Below, piece by piece: positions 1 through 13,380 of a DNA stretch of 64,000 nt. The stretch is taken from assembly GCF_009914755.1 (NCBI RefSeq), contig NC_060928.1. One strand, 5' to 3'. The translations under genes were made by a program, and so were the position numbers. Below the pieces are notes generated by a model. The model saw nothing but the letters and a program-made list of their open reading frames with translations. It ran no database searches and was not told the DNA's origin. The DNA is from the human T2T-CHM13v2.0 reference genome, Homo sapiens. The stretch's first letter is position 1, and each line of letters opens with the position of its first letter.

Positions 1-1011
1 TTTAATCCCCTCAGCCTGGTGTGTGTTACAAATATCACATAAATAAAATCCACTCTTCAGAAACGGCATGCGATTGCTTAGCTAGGTTTTTCCAACATTC
101 CGTGTTTTCCATTTCCTTTTCAACTAGCTTTGCTCCCATTTTTTTTTAAAAGGTTTTTCCTGCTTATAAAGCACGTTGGCTTTGTTTAGTAAGCAAAAGA
201 ATCTTTTAGGAAGTCCCAGTGTTAGGCAAGATTTTATTCCATAAATTAACTTTCTCAGGGAAGAAACTGTTTTTGCTCTTCTGTTATTAATCTACAAAAG
301 CAAAATGCCATATGTAGTCAAGATTTTTCCAAATGACATGATGAGTAAGAGTTTTTCTTTTGCTTATTGCGAAGTATAGTTGGCAAACATTATCTCCAGG
401 ATGTGAGTTGCACCGATTGACCTGCAGAGGGAGTTAACAAGTGTAACATGAAAAAGTACTGGTGGTCACCTAAAAGGCTAGTTTTCAAAGTGAGAAAAAA
501 AAAAAATCATGCTAAGAATGCAGTTTCTTCATAAAGAAATACAATGGACTCTCCCTTTTCCATGTGTGAAGGTTTTCATAAACATAGCATATTTTCTCTT
601 CTCATTGATTGGCCGGCTAATGCCACCTGCCTAATGCTGACTTGGTTCTTTTGAGATAAAAGGCAGGAATACATTCCAAGCTCTACCAGGCCGGGAACTG
701 TACCAACCTAGTTCAGCATGGTACCACACACCTCTTGGCACAAAGAAGTTGCTCAGTCAATAATCACTGAACAAATTCAAGGAGACAAAGAGTAGATATG
801 GTATCTTGGGGACAAATGGCACATGAAAGCAGATTTGGTGCTTCTTTGGTAAATGGTTTGATAACCAATCCCTAGGAGATAAAGTTAATGTATAAAATAT
901 ATTTTATATACACATAGATGTTCATAATTTGACTCCATTTACTTATTTGGCAAATATTTATCAAGTGCCTACTATTGCCAGCCATTGCTTTAAGTGCTGA
1001 GGATACGATAC

Positions 1012-1304
1012 TTTTTTTTTTTTTTTTTTTTTTGAGAAAAGTTTCACTCTTTTTGCCCAGGCTGGAGTACAATGGCGCGATCTTGGCTCACTGCAACCTT
1101 CACCTCCCGGGTTCAAGTGATTCTTCTGCCAAGTAGCTGGGATCACAGGCGTGCGCCCCCACCCCTGGCTAATTTTGTATTTTTAGTAGAGATAGGATTT
1201 CACCCTGTTGACCAGGCTGGTCTCGAACTCCTGACCTCAGGTGACCCACCCGCCTCGGCCTCCCAAAATGCTGGGATTACAGGCATGAGCCACTGCGCTT
1301 GGCT
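1012..1304 (-). mobile_element. Alu (S-type) with small internal deletion
   Basis: Poly-T followed by reverse Alu body; imperfect TSD gaggata..atactt. Confidence 0.95.
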
Positions 1305-1329
1305 GAGGATATAATACTTTACTTTACTG

Positions 1330-1722
1330 TCTGGCAGGTAATATTAGTTGGTAGTAATTGAAGAGTATTGTAGGATAAAGTGTATATGAGCAGAAATGGA
1401 CACAATTCTTAGTAGAATTGACAGTGAAGAGCTCTCTGACAGTTGAGAGGAGACCTGAATGAACTGTGGGAATGCAGCAAATGGATATTTAGAAGATTCT
1501 TCCAGGCAGAGGAACAGCAAGAATGCCAGGCCTGAGGCAGAAATGCTTGAAGAGCACCAAGAAGGCAATGGGGCACATGGTTAAACATGGGGAGAATACT
1601 AAATATCCTCTTCTGTAAGAAATGAGGTTGGAGAGAGAACAGGCCACAAGACGTATGGCATTGCAGGCCATAGTAACGATCTGCAACTTTAACCTAAGTG
1701 TCTCAGGAGGCCTCAGAGGGCT

Positions 1723-1769
<47 letters not shown>

Positions 1770-2170
1770 CCTGACTGGAGTGGTTTGGTAAAGAGCTCAT
1801 TCTCTCTGCTGTGCATAGAGTAGGAGAGAGATGATTAAGTGTGGAAGGCAGAAGGCCAGCAAAGAGGCTCCGGCCGTCACTCAGACCAGGTCAAAATGGG
1901 TTGGGGGAGCAAGACGCTGAGGTGAGTCAAAGTTCTTTTTGGTTCAAGTCACTGGGTAAATAGAGGTGCCATTTTTATAGACTAGGAATGGCCTAGGGGA
2001 GAGCACGTTGGGCAAGGGGTGGAATGGGAGGAGCCAAGGGTTCAGTTTTGGACATTAAGTTTGAGATGCCTTTGCCTTATCCACAGGAAGATATGAAGCA
2101 GGCATCTGGAGGTGCAAGTGTGGTCAGAGGAGAAGGTGAGGTGGGCACATGAATTTGGGAATAGATGGCA
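1330..2170 (-). mobile_element. Degenerate L2 LINE fragment(s), boundaries approximate
   Basis: L2-like motifs, e.g. ttcagttttggacattaagtttgagatgcct...gaatttggga. Confidence 0.6.
1725..1762 (+). repeat. (GA)19 microsatellite
   Basis: Direct reading. Confidence 0.98.
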
Positions 2171-2194
2171 TACACCTCAGAAAGAAAATGTCTC

Positions 2195-2486
<292 letters not shown>

Positions 2487-3279
2487 AGAAAATGCCTCTT
2501 CTAACTCTGGTTTTGTTCCCGACCTGCTCTACTTGGCATGAGCTCGGGCCCTCTAGGGCAGATGAGCATCCATGGGGGCCGAGAACCACCTTGGAACTGG
2601 GACACCACCAAGTGGCACAGCTCAAAAGCTAAGGTACCACGTGTGTTTTCTGCCCTGGTGGGCAGAGGGAGAAGGCTAAGTCCCCTTGTACCCTCTGCCT
2701 CAGGCTGCCCAGGTCTACAATGACAGTAATACTATCCAACACTTGGTCCTCTTCCACGAAGAGGGATAAGCTACTGTATAGGACAGTGCAGAGAGCTGCC
2801 AGCACCTACCTGAAAGAATCACATAACCAGATCTCAGGTGCAGGCAAATTTATTTGTGTTTAGATAACCAAGTCCTTGAAAGCAAACAGTCTTTTGATGA
2901 TCACCCTCTGTGGAACTTGGTGCAGGGCTAGTCAGTTACTGCTGCTGACTTACTGCCTATTCTCAAAGTATGAAGACTTCAGTCACTAAGTGGAAGTTGA
3001 CATAGACTTGCTGGATAATTGAGAATGCTTCTTAAGGCCGCTGGATCTTGCCCTTCTCTTTTCAGCTCTCCACTGACTTGAGAGAGATCATTCTAGAAGA
3101 TCATGCCATTTCCTTTCCTAAACCCTTCCAAGAATGCCCCCGTGGCTTTGCGGATAAAGTCTGAGGTCCTTAGCATGGCTCGCAATATTTCACATGATCT
3201 GTCTCTTGCCTCGTCTATGGCTGCTTTTTAAAATACACACCCCAGGCTCCAGGTACTATTTATCATTTCCCTAATAGGC

Positions 3280-3633
3280 TGATATGGTTTGGCTGTGTCC
3301 CCACCCAAATCTCATCTTGAATTGTAGCTCCCATCATTCCCATGTGTTGTGGGAGGGACCCAGTGGGAGATAATTGAATCACGGGAGTGGTTTCCCCCAT
3401 ACCATTCTTGTGGTAGTAAGTCTCACAAGATCCGATGGTTTTATAAAGGTTTCCCCTTTTGCTTGACCCTCATTCTCTCTTGCCTGCTGCCATGTAAGAC
3501 TGGCCTTTCACCTTCTGCCATGATTGTGAGGCCTCCCGAGCCATGTGGAACTGTGGATCCATTAAACCTCTTCTTTTTAAATTACCCAGCCTTGGGTATG
3601 TCTTTATCAGCAGCAAGAGAATGGACTAACACA
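3280..3633 (+). mobile_element. THE1 (ERVL-MaLR) solo LTR
   Basis: Starts tgatatggtttggctgtgtccccacccaaatctc, ends ggactaacaca; near-perfect 5-bp TSD taggc/tgggc. Confidence 0.92.
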
Positions 3634-4089
3634 TGGGCTATTAAGGAAATGTTCTTTTGTCTTGTGTCTCCTTAGGATGACCCTTGCTGACTTGTACACT
3701 GGAGAACTCCAGCTCATTCCTCAAGCCCCAAGTTCAAGATCTTCCTCCTCTGAGGAATTCACAGGCCTAGTCAAGCAAAAATCTCCCCTGCGCCTGCATC
3801 AGCATCATACTTAATTTTTTCCATTGCAGCAGTGTTAGACTGCATGGGCAGTCATTTAGATAAAGTCCAGCTTTCCTGCCACACTGGAGGATCCTTTGGA
3901 AGAATAATCTAAGTGGTCCTCCCTCCAATTTCTGCATCTAACCCAGGGGCACATAAGCAGCAGAACTTAACAGATATTTGCTGGATGAAGTGAATGAATG
4001 GGTTAGAACATAAGAGCCCAGAACAAAGTCTATTCTTCCAAGAATAAAGCTCACAGCTTATGAAACGTCGCTGAGACACAAAACTATCA

Positions 4090-4508
4090 GAACATTATAC
4101 CGGGTGAAAAAAGCCAGTCCCCCAAGTCCGTATATGATTTCATTTATATAACATTCTTGAAATTCAAAATTATAGAAATAGAAAACAGATTAGTTATTTC
4201 CAAGGGTTAAGGAGGACGTGGGGCGGGGAGGGAAATGGATGTGGCAATAGAAGGCAACTTTTATAGGGATCTTTGTGGTGATGGAAATCTTCTGTTATGA
4301 CTGTTAATGTCAATAGCATGCTTGTGATGCCATACTATGGTTTTGCAAGATGTTAACACTAGGAAAAACAGTAACGAGACATGGGATCTCTCTGTATTAT
4401 TTCTTACAGTTACATATTAATTGATAATTATCTCAAAATACGAAGGTGAGTTACAATTGCATACTAATTGATAATTATCTTAAAATAAAAAAGCTAAAGA
4501 AAAAAAAA
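4090..4508 (+). mobile_element. Old L1M 3' end fragment
   Basis: tatatgatttcatttatataacattcttgaaa...gatctctctgtattatttcttaca, ending in an A-rich tail. Confidence 0.75.
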
Positions 4509-4711
4509 TTTCAACAGTGACCCTGACGAAGTCAACAAAATACATACAGGTGCTTGATGACATTATACTGGTCAGAAAAGTGGATTAGTTTGAACAGTCA
4601 TGAACTCTACTTGCCTGAGTGATCAAGAATTTGCGTCCCTCTCTTCTTAGGGGGCTTCCTCTCAGGTTCATACTTGGGTTTCCAAGTGCTTTTGAAGTCA
4701 CCTGGACTTAG

Positions 4712-5074
<363 letters not shown>

Positions 5075-5253
5075 GAGTAATGTTCTTACCTGGGCAGAAG
5101 CTTTGAAAATGTTGGTCTTTCCATCCTGACTCCTTGAAAGGGAGGCACTGCATGACACATGTGGTAGTGACAGGGTGCCTGGTTCAGGGGGATGTGCATT
5201 CTTGCTCATGTCCGGGGTTTCTGACTGGGATCCTGGAATGACCTCTGACTCAC

Positions 5254-5625
5254 CTGAATCAGATGAGCCGCACTTTCTGGGCTGCCATATCGAAGATCAT
5301 GTCCATTGATGGCTAACACACGGTCATTCTCCTCAAGCTGACCATGTCGATATGCCACACCGCCATCCAGCACATTGAAGATGAAAACCCCAGGCTCATC
5401 CACCTTGCGCACCAGTTTTATTCCAAGCTGCTCCTCGGGGCTACTTTTGTTGAGAATCACATGAAAGCTGTCATCTCGGGGTCTGTAGGCATCCGGGGCC
5501 TGTCCATTGTTCCTGCTGCGGAACTTCTGTTCACGCATCACAGTCAGCCACAGCACCTGGCAGGGCTGCCGCAGGAGACGCACAGCGTAGTTGTGAGGGA
5601 CATTGCTGATGTCCATCCCGTTGAC
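5254..5625 (-). CDS. LNX1: LNX1 coding exon (372 nt), end of PDZ1 and most of PDZ2: [13 protein letters not shown]...QLGIKLVRK...[28 protein letters not shown]
   Basis: Acceptor tgcccccag|GTC, donor CAG|gtgagt; 124 codons, phase 0/0; PDZ motifs. Confidence 0.97.
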
Positions 5626-6114
5626 CTGGGGGCAGGTGGAACAATCGTGCGGTCAGCTCCACCTGCCACAACCCTTCCTGAAAGATCCAGGCCCACAGAA
5701 AAGCCAGGATCCTGTCTTTAAAGACTGCTCTGCTCTCCCGCCTCATCCTGTGTCCAATAACCGCACCTTCCAACAGCGTTTCTAACCCTGTTCTCTCCAA
5801 GCGTGGCCTGCAGCACCTCTCCAGGCCTCTGTGAGTAGACACCATCTTTCTCCACCTTGTTCTTACCCAAGCCCACATATTTATTCCCAGAATCCTGGCC
5901 TTCATTTCTGTTGTCATTATTTTTTAGCTGGCAGGAAGAGAGGGAAGGAAGATAAGGTAGGAAAAGGCAAAAGAAAAGCATTTTTCCCATTTGCCTCAGT
6001 CAAATGATTGCATTAAACAGCTCTTCAAGCCGAGTTGACATTTTCTTCCCAAAAATCTCCAATTGAATTTTTCTCCCTGGGTCAACTCATACCAGAACTT
6101 CCAGTCCTCACCAC

Positions 6115-6205
6115 TGTGTGTGTATGTAGATGTGATAGTGTGTGAGTGAGGGTCTGAGTGTGTGAGCACGATGGAGTGTATGTGCGTGTGATACTGTGTG
6201 TGTGC
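6115..6205 (+). repeat. Imperfect TG-rich simple repeat
   Basis: Interrupted (TG)n runs. Confidence 0.8.
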
Positions 6206-7524
6206 GGATGGGAATGTGTCAGGTCTCAGGGTGGTCCCCTGCAAGGTTTTTTTGCCCGTGTTCTCAGCAAAAGGAAGAAATCCTTGCACAGTTTCAGACA
6301 AACTGATATGAAAGGAAGTTTCCAGACTCTTTTATTGAAAGGCTAGATCTCTTTATAAAGCTACTTAAACAAGCTTAAGCTCGGCCCTCTCATTTGTGCC
6401 TCACTAATGATGTGTAGGGCTGATACTGCATGGGGCTTTCTGGTTTTAATTTCTCTGGCTACACAGGCCCAGCCAGAGCCCCCTATGTTGGAAGAAAACA
6501 ATTTCGCAGCAATTGCTGCACTCTGTGTTTGAGGAAAGAGGCCCTATGGAGGAGAAATAACTTTCTTGAATTTCTGTAGTTTGATAAGATTTCTTGTATT
6601 TGCAGCCAATTGTTAGAGAAGGCTTGGAATGGGCTTTACAAAGGCCTTTCTTGAGGATATAATCACCTGTTCTCTGGTGCAGCTCCAGAGGCTCCCTCAT
6701 GCAAAGGCAAAGCTCACCACCTTTGTCCAAGCACAGGTGAGGAGAGCACCTGAGGTGGCAGGGCCGGGTTCCCCCATCACCTCTGGGCCCAGAGAAGGTC
6801 AGGGGAGTCAGGGTTGCCTGCTAAATAGTCCTGGCAGCCCTTTTGTTTGTAAGCTCCAGTTGAAAGCCACAAGAATCAAAATGTTTTGTTATGCAACCCT
6901 CCCAGGCAGCATAGTTTCCACTAGAACTGGGAGGCAGCAGTGCACAGTGTAGCTGATTGTACTGCGGCCTGCCCCGAGGGCCCTGTCTTATGCTCCACCT
7001 CGGAGGCCAGCAGGAATTTCAGTATTTCTGTGAAAACTGCTTTAGGTTATTTCTCCTCTTATTCCAATCAGTTTGCCAAAGAAACAGCTCATAATGTGAC
7101 AGGAGCCGGTCCCTCAGCAACCTAGAAGGGATGGGATAGAACTGTTATCTGAGTGTCAGATAGAAAATATACGAGCAGGGAGGGGTTTCTTGGCACTTTT
7201 GGCAAACATTGGACTTCTGCCTGGTAAACAGATCTTTTTATCCTTTCTGTTCTGAAAATTCCTCCTTCTCCTTAACCAAGCCTCTGAGGACAGTAACACC
7301 CAAAGCATTCTATTCCAACACCTGTCTCCCCTGGTATGTCTCTGGGTTGGTGGAATTAGCATAGAGATTACTTTTATTTTCAGGGAGGGCCGTAAGACTA
7401 TAGGAAATTGACTTTCAAAAAGTAGATGATTGTGATTAAATAAAATACAAAATGTTCTATTAATCTACTCTAAAAACAATTTAAGAAAATATATGTCCCA
7501 GTTTTATTTTATATTAATGCTCTT

Positions 7525-7705
7525 TAAAAAAAGAGATAAAAGGAGAAAGAGGAGGTGGAGAAAGGGAATGAAGAGGAAGACTGAAAAAGCTAGAAGGGAG
7601 AAGGCAGAAGAGTGGACAGACAAAATGATATAGAGACAGATAAATATTTATATACAGAGAGAAAGGGGGGAGAGAGTGAAAGAGCAAGACAGAGAGAAAC
7701 AAAGA
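7525..7705 (+). repeat. GA-rich low-complexity tract
   Basis: Purine-rich, gaga/gaaa motifs. Confidence 0.75.
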
Positions 7706-7871
7706 TCTCAATTAAATGACAAATCTCAGAGAGTCATAAAATGATAGAAAGTCACTATCCACATTTATTTTACCATTTCCCTCATTCATCCATCCATCTA
7801 TCCAATTGTTTGCTCAGAAGCATTTTTTTATATCAAGCCCCTTGCTGCAGCCCCACAGCCACAGTCTCTAC

Positions 7872-8074
7872 CTTTAGAATGATGTCTCCTGGCAGTAGCC
7901 GGCCGTCTCTGGCGATCACCCCATCACGATAAATGTGTTGGATAATGATATGGACCAGTGGGGTTTCGCTACCTCCCACCAGCCTAATAGAGAGGCTTTC
8001 ACTGGGATCTACTCGATTGATCTTGATGCTGGTAATTTCACCATCTGGAATCAGGTGGTACAACCTTGGAAAGA
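7872..8074 (-). CDS. LNX1: LNX1 coding exon (203 nt), most of PDZ1: (V)[67 protein letters not shown]
   Basis: Acceptor ccatttcag|TC, donor AAG|gtagag; phase 1/0; PDZ signature (LSIRLVGG...[11 protein letters not shown]). Confidence 0.97.
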
Positions 8075-8393
8075 CTGAAATGGACAAAGAGTGTTTATTT
8101 AAGACACCCACCCAATGGACCTTTCCAACTACTCTTCTTGCCAAACTTCAGTGTCAGCCAAACTAAACTATTCATTTTTCCTCATACATGTTTTCCATTT
8201 TCCTGCCTCTGTGTCAATGTAAGTTTCTCTGCTTGGAATGTTTTTCATCCTGAGCTTAAACCCAATTTTTCCTTCAAGGCCCTTCCAATTAAACTCTACC
8301 CTGATTCCTCCTTCCCTTGCTCTAAACAGCCCACTTCCTATAAAGCTTTCTAGCTATTTCTCATGGCACTCAACCCATTATTGTTATTTTTAC

Positions 8394-8688
8394 CTTTTTG
8401 TTTTTGTTTCTGTTTTTTGAGACAGGGTCTTACTCTGTTGCCCAGGCTGGAATGCAGTGTCTCACTACAACCTCCGCCTCCTGAGCTCAAGTGATCTTCC
8501 CACCTCAGCCTCCCAAGTAGCTAAGACTACAGGCACATGCCACCATTCCTGGCAAATTTTTACATTTTTTGTGGAGACGGAGTTTTGTCATGTTGTCCAG
8601 GCTGGTCTTGAAATCCTGAGCCCAGGTGATCCACCCACCTCGGCCTCCCAAAGTGCTGGGATTACAGGTGTGAGTCACCTCTCCCAGC
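8394..8688 (-). mobile_element. Alu (J-type)
   Basis: Reverse Alu with J-like ctcaagtgatcttcccacc. Confidence 0.9.
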
Positions 8689-10512
8689 TTATACTCATTT
8701 CTTATATACCTCATATCATGCCCATAAAACCTGAGGGCATAAACTCTCGCTGTTCCATGGTTCTCTGCATATATCTCTGCATGCAGAGGCCTTCAGCTGA
8801 AGTTTACTGAATTAATAGAAGTGAATGAATCATTTTTAATGGAATGAATTGCAGTTTTATCGCTTGCTTATTGAGAGGTAAAAAACAGAACCAATTTGCC
8901 ACTTTGCCCTCTCAGATAATTTTGAAAATTTCTTCCTTAAAGACTCTGCTTTTCAGGCTTGGGGGAACATCAGTTCTTTCTACCAGACATTGTTGTTAAC
9001 AAATGGAAGAGGCCTGATTCATGATCAAGAAGAGGCCAAGGCCTAGTTGGTGGCCTTGAGCAGTTCATCCCTGGTTTGCCTGAAATCACTGAGTTCAGAG
9101 CAAGGAGATTCAAAGATCATCTAGGCTGGTGTTTTCAAACTGTATTTTTAAACTGATGAATCTGCTTTCCCCAAGAAATCTCTCCTAGCTCTCTTCTCAT
9201 CTTTCATCCCATTGTGACCACACAGAAAACAGCTGCTCTAATTGTCCTGCTGCTTGACAGTGATAGTCAAACCCTACAAGTGAGGAGGTTTAAGGCTGAG
9301 AGAAGGGGAGTGAAGTAACTGACTGGACATCCCAAAGTTAGGTGGTCCTGAGAGCCAGGTCAGAACCCAGAGTTCTTGTGACCGGTACTCTCTGTCAGGT
9401 ATCCCTGGAGCCAGGGGTTCACAGCCAGGCCAGAGCCCATGAGGGACTTGCTCTATGGACCTATGAGCCAGCAGCACCGACTGGCATTGTTTTTTTTTTC
9501 ACTTCAGTTTGAATAGAAGTGTTCAGAGGGGACACCAACAAGTGATGGGAACAAGCCACACCTAGCTTGGTGGAAAAAGGGGCTCCTCCAAGCAGCTAGA
9601 GGCTCAAGTTTGAATGTAAAGGGCTGAGATGCTTCTGTCTTCCGTAGGTGCTGACAGCTGCCTCACCTTAAGAGTCTCCTTTCGTTATGGCATCTGGAAA
9701 GATCTCACATGGCAGGCCTGCTTCTAGTTCCTTGTGAGCATTTTCAAAACCCGTGACCTTAGTCCATTTTCCCTAATGAATTAATAAGTACTCAACTCTC
9801 TAAGAACAATAAAGAATTAAAATTATTTCTAAGTATGTTAGGGCAAAGTAACTTAGTGGGCAGAGGAAACCCGAGATGTTGTAAATGTGGGTCCTTAATC
9901 TCTATACTGATTGAACTGAAGTGACTGCATAAGGCAGGGGTAAGCTGGCTTCAGCAGTCAGCTCCTGGTACTAACAGTACTCGGGTGATTGAGTTCAATT
10001 AATGTTTAAACTACTTTGGTTATATTAAGTAGGCGATACCACAGGCAATTGCTAGAACATGTCTGGTATAACAAGGGAATGGAAAAAAATTCATTCTGAG
10101 CAAAGAAAGATTTGGAAATAATCACAAAAGCCAATTTTCCCTCCCTCATTCCCCTTCCCTTGTTACCATCTTTTCCAACAGATTTACAAAAACCACACTA
10201 CCAAACCTAAACCGCTAGAGAATGTTTGATTTGATAGCTTGAAAGGACATACCATTCACACTTGTAAATGATGTTAGAGCAACACCAATGAGATCCTAGT
10301 GACCTTAAAGAGATAAAGGAATTTTTAAACTGCCAAACTTGTGTTGGTCTGGAAAGTAAAAAATTTGCTCAATATTATGTCCTTACTCAAGGACTAAAGG
10401 ATATAATCTTATTAGCTGAGAGTTTGTTATATGCTGACATTGAGTTAAGGTATTTGAATGCATTTTTTTGTTTAGTCTTCACAATAACCCTATGAAATAG
10501 ATGATAATAATC

Positions 10513-10815
10513 TTTTTTTTTTTTTTTTGGGGGGGGCGGGGGGGACAGGATCTCACTCTGTCACCCAGGCTGGAGTATAGTGGTACAATCTTGGCTCAAA
10601 GCAGCCTTGACCTCATGGGCTCAGGCAATCCTCCCATCTCAGACCAAGAAGCTGGGAGTACAGGTGTGTGCCACCATGTCCCACTAATTTCATTTTTTGT
10701 AGAGACAAAGTCTCACCATGTTCCCCAGGCTGGTCTCAAACTCCTGGGCTCAAGAGATCCTCTCACTTTGGCCTCCAAGTGCTAGGATTACCGGTGTAAG
10801 CCACCATGCCCAGAC
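10513..10815 (-). mobile_element. Alu (J-type) inserted in a MIR
   Basis: Reverse Alu; MIR-like flanks (acaataaccctatgaaatag / cagatgaagaaatgctgaag). Confidence 0.88.
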
Positions 10816-12170
10816 CCATCTCTGTCTTTTCAGATGAAGAAATGCTGAAGCTTAGAGCATTAAGCAACCCAGCCAGGGTCACACAGTTGATAAACAGTGG
10901 CGCCAGTCCCTTTACTGACATTAAAAGGATGGATAAACCATGCCAGGAAGCTAACTGTAGGTTGCTGAAGCAATGAGGCCCTCTGGCCATTTTGAAAGCA
11001 TTGTTGCCTCACAAATGCTGTGACGACATTGATACCAGGCTAGCTGAGTCTTAACACCTCACTCCATTCTGGAATTACAGCTTCCTAGTGTGTCTGAGGA
11101 AATCCAATCTCTCCCACTCCAGCCCGCCTACTCATTGAACATGGCTGCTATCTCTGTCTTCTGGAAACACGGCTCCAATCCTGCAACAACTCTATACAAG
11201 AGCTCCCAGGTGTGTTCACTACCCCCAAATCAAGTACAGACTCCTAAATAATAATCAGGACACACTATGATCTGACCTTCACCTCATCTTCTGTACTGGT
11301 CTGGAAAGAAAATGATTTGTTCAATATTATGTCCTCACTCAAGGACTAAAGGATATAATAATAATTATTAACTGAGAGTTTACTATATGCTGGCATTGAG
11401 CTAAGCTACTTGAATGCATTTTCCAACACACAGTCAGCATCCCAACATCCATCCAAGTCACATGGATTACACTGTCCCCTATGGCTGCTATGGTCATTAA
11501 TTTATACTTCATTCTTCATAGTACAGGCATACCTCTGAGATATTGTGGGTTTGGTTCCAGACTGCTATAAGAAAGTGAGTCTTTTGGTTTCTCTGTGGTT
11601 ATAAGAGTTATGTTTACACTGTACTCTAGTCTATCAAGTGTACAATAGCATGTTTTTAAAAATGTACATATCTCAATTTAAAAATACTTTATTGCTAAAA
11701 CATGCTGTTTAACGATCATCTGAGGCTTCAGCTTGTTGTAATCTTTTTGCTGGTAGAGAATCTTGCCTTGATGTTGATGGCTGCTGACTGATCACAGTGG
11801 TGGTTGCTGAAGGTTGGGAGTGGCTTGGCAATTTCTTAAAATAAGACAACAATGAAGTTTGCCACATGAACTGACTCTCGTGAAAGATTTTTATGCAGAT
11901 TCTCTGTAGAATGCAATGCTGTTTGATAGCATTTAAACTTCAGTAGAACTTCTTTCAAAATTAGAGTCAATCCTCTACTAACCTTGCTGTTTTATCAACT
12001 ATGTTTATGTAATATTCTCAATCCTTTGTTGTCGTTTCAACAATGTTCACAGCATCTTCAGCAGAAGTAGTTTCCATCTCAAGAAACCACTTTATTTGCT
12101 CATCCGTAAGAAATGCCTCTACACTCATTCAAGTTTTATTATGAGATTGCAACAATTTGGTCATATCTTT

Positions 12171-12289
12171 TTTTTTTTTTTAGATGGAATCTTGCTCTGT
12201 TGCCCAGGCTGGAGTGCAGTGGTGCGATCTTGGCTCACTGCAAGCTCCGCCTCCCAGGTTCACATCATTCTCCTGCCTCAGCCTCCCGG
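12171..12289 (-). mobile_element. 5'-truncated AluY-like element inside Tigger1
   Basis: gcaagctccgcctcccaggttcac (Y-type diagnostic); perfect 17-bp TSD aatttggtcatatcttt at 12154-12170 and 12290-12306. Confidence 0.9.
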
Positions 12290-13083
12290 AATTTGGTCAT
12301 ATCTTTAAGCTCCACTTCTAATTCTAGTTCTCTTGCTATTTCCACCACATCTATAGTTACTTTTCTCCACTGAAGTCTTGAACCCCTCAAAGTCATCCTT
12401 GAGAATTAAAATCAACTTCCTCCAAACTCCTGTTAATGTTGATATTTTGACCTCCTCCCATGAATCACTAATGTTCTTAATGGCATGTAGAAGGGTGAAT
12501 CCTTTCCAGAAGGTTTTCAATTTTCCTTGCCCAGATCCATCAGAGGAATCACTATGTATGGCAGCTATAGCCTTTCGAAATTTATTTCTTAAATAATGAG
12601 ACTTAAAAGTAGAAATTACTCTTTGATCCACGGGCTGCAGAATGGATATTGTGTTATCAGGCATGAAAACATCATTACTCTTGCGTCTCCATCGAAGTAC
12701 TTGGGTAACTAGGATGCATTATCAATGAGTAGCAATATTTTGAAAGGAACTTTTCTTTCTGAGTAATAGGCCTCAACAGTGGGCTTAAAATATTGAGTAA
12801 ACTATGCTGTAAAAAGATGTGCTGCCATCCAGTCTTTGTTGTTCCATGGAGAAAGCACAGGCAGAGTAGATTTAGCATAATTCTTAAGGGTCCTAGGATT
12901 TTTGAAATGATAAATGAGCACTGGACCCCACCTTAAAATCACCAGCTGTATTAGCCCCGAACAAGAGAGCCAGCCTGTCCTTTGAAGTTTTGAAGCCAGG
13001 CATTGACTTCTCTCTAGTTAAGAAAGTCCTAGATGGCATCTTCTCCCAATATAAGGCTGTATCATCTACATTGAAAATCTGTT

Positions 13084-13380
<297 letters not shown>

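Noticed and set aside
5344-5721. 125-aa plus-strand ORF
   Set aside because: Antisense shadow of the LNX1 PDZ exon.
12305-12664. 119-aa DDE transposase-like ORF suggesting a TIGD gene
   Set aside because: Fragment of a decayed Tigger1 interrupted by Alus and frameshifts.
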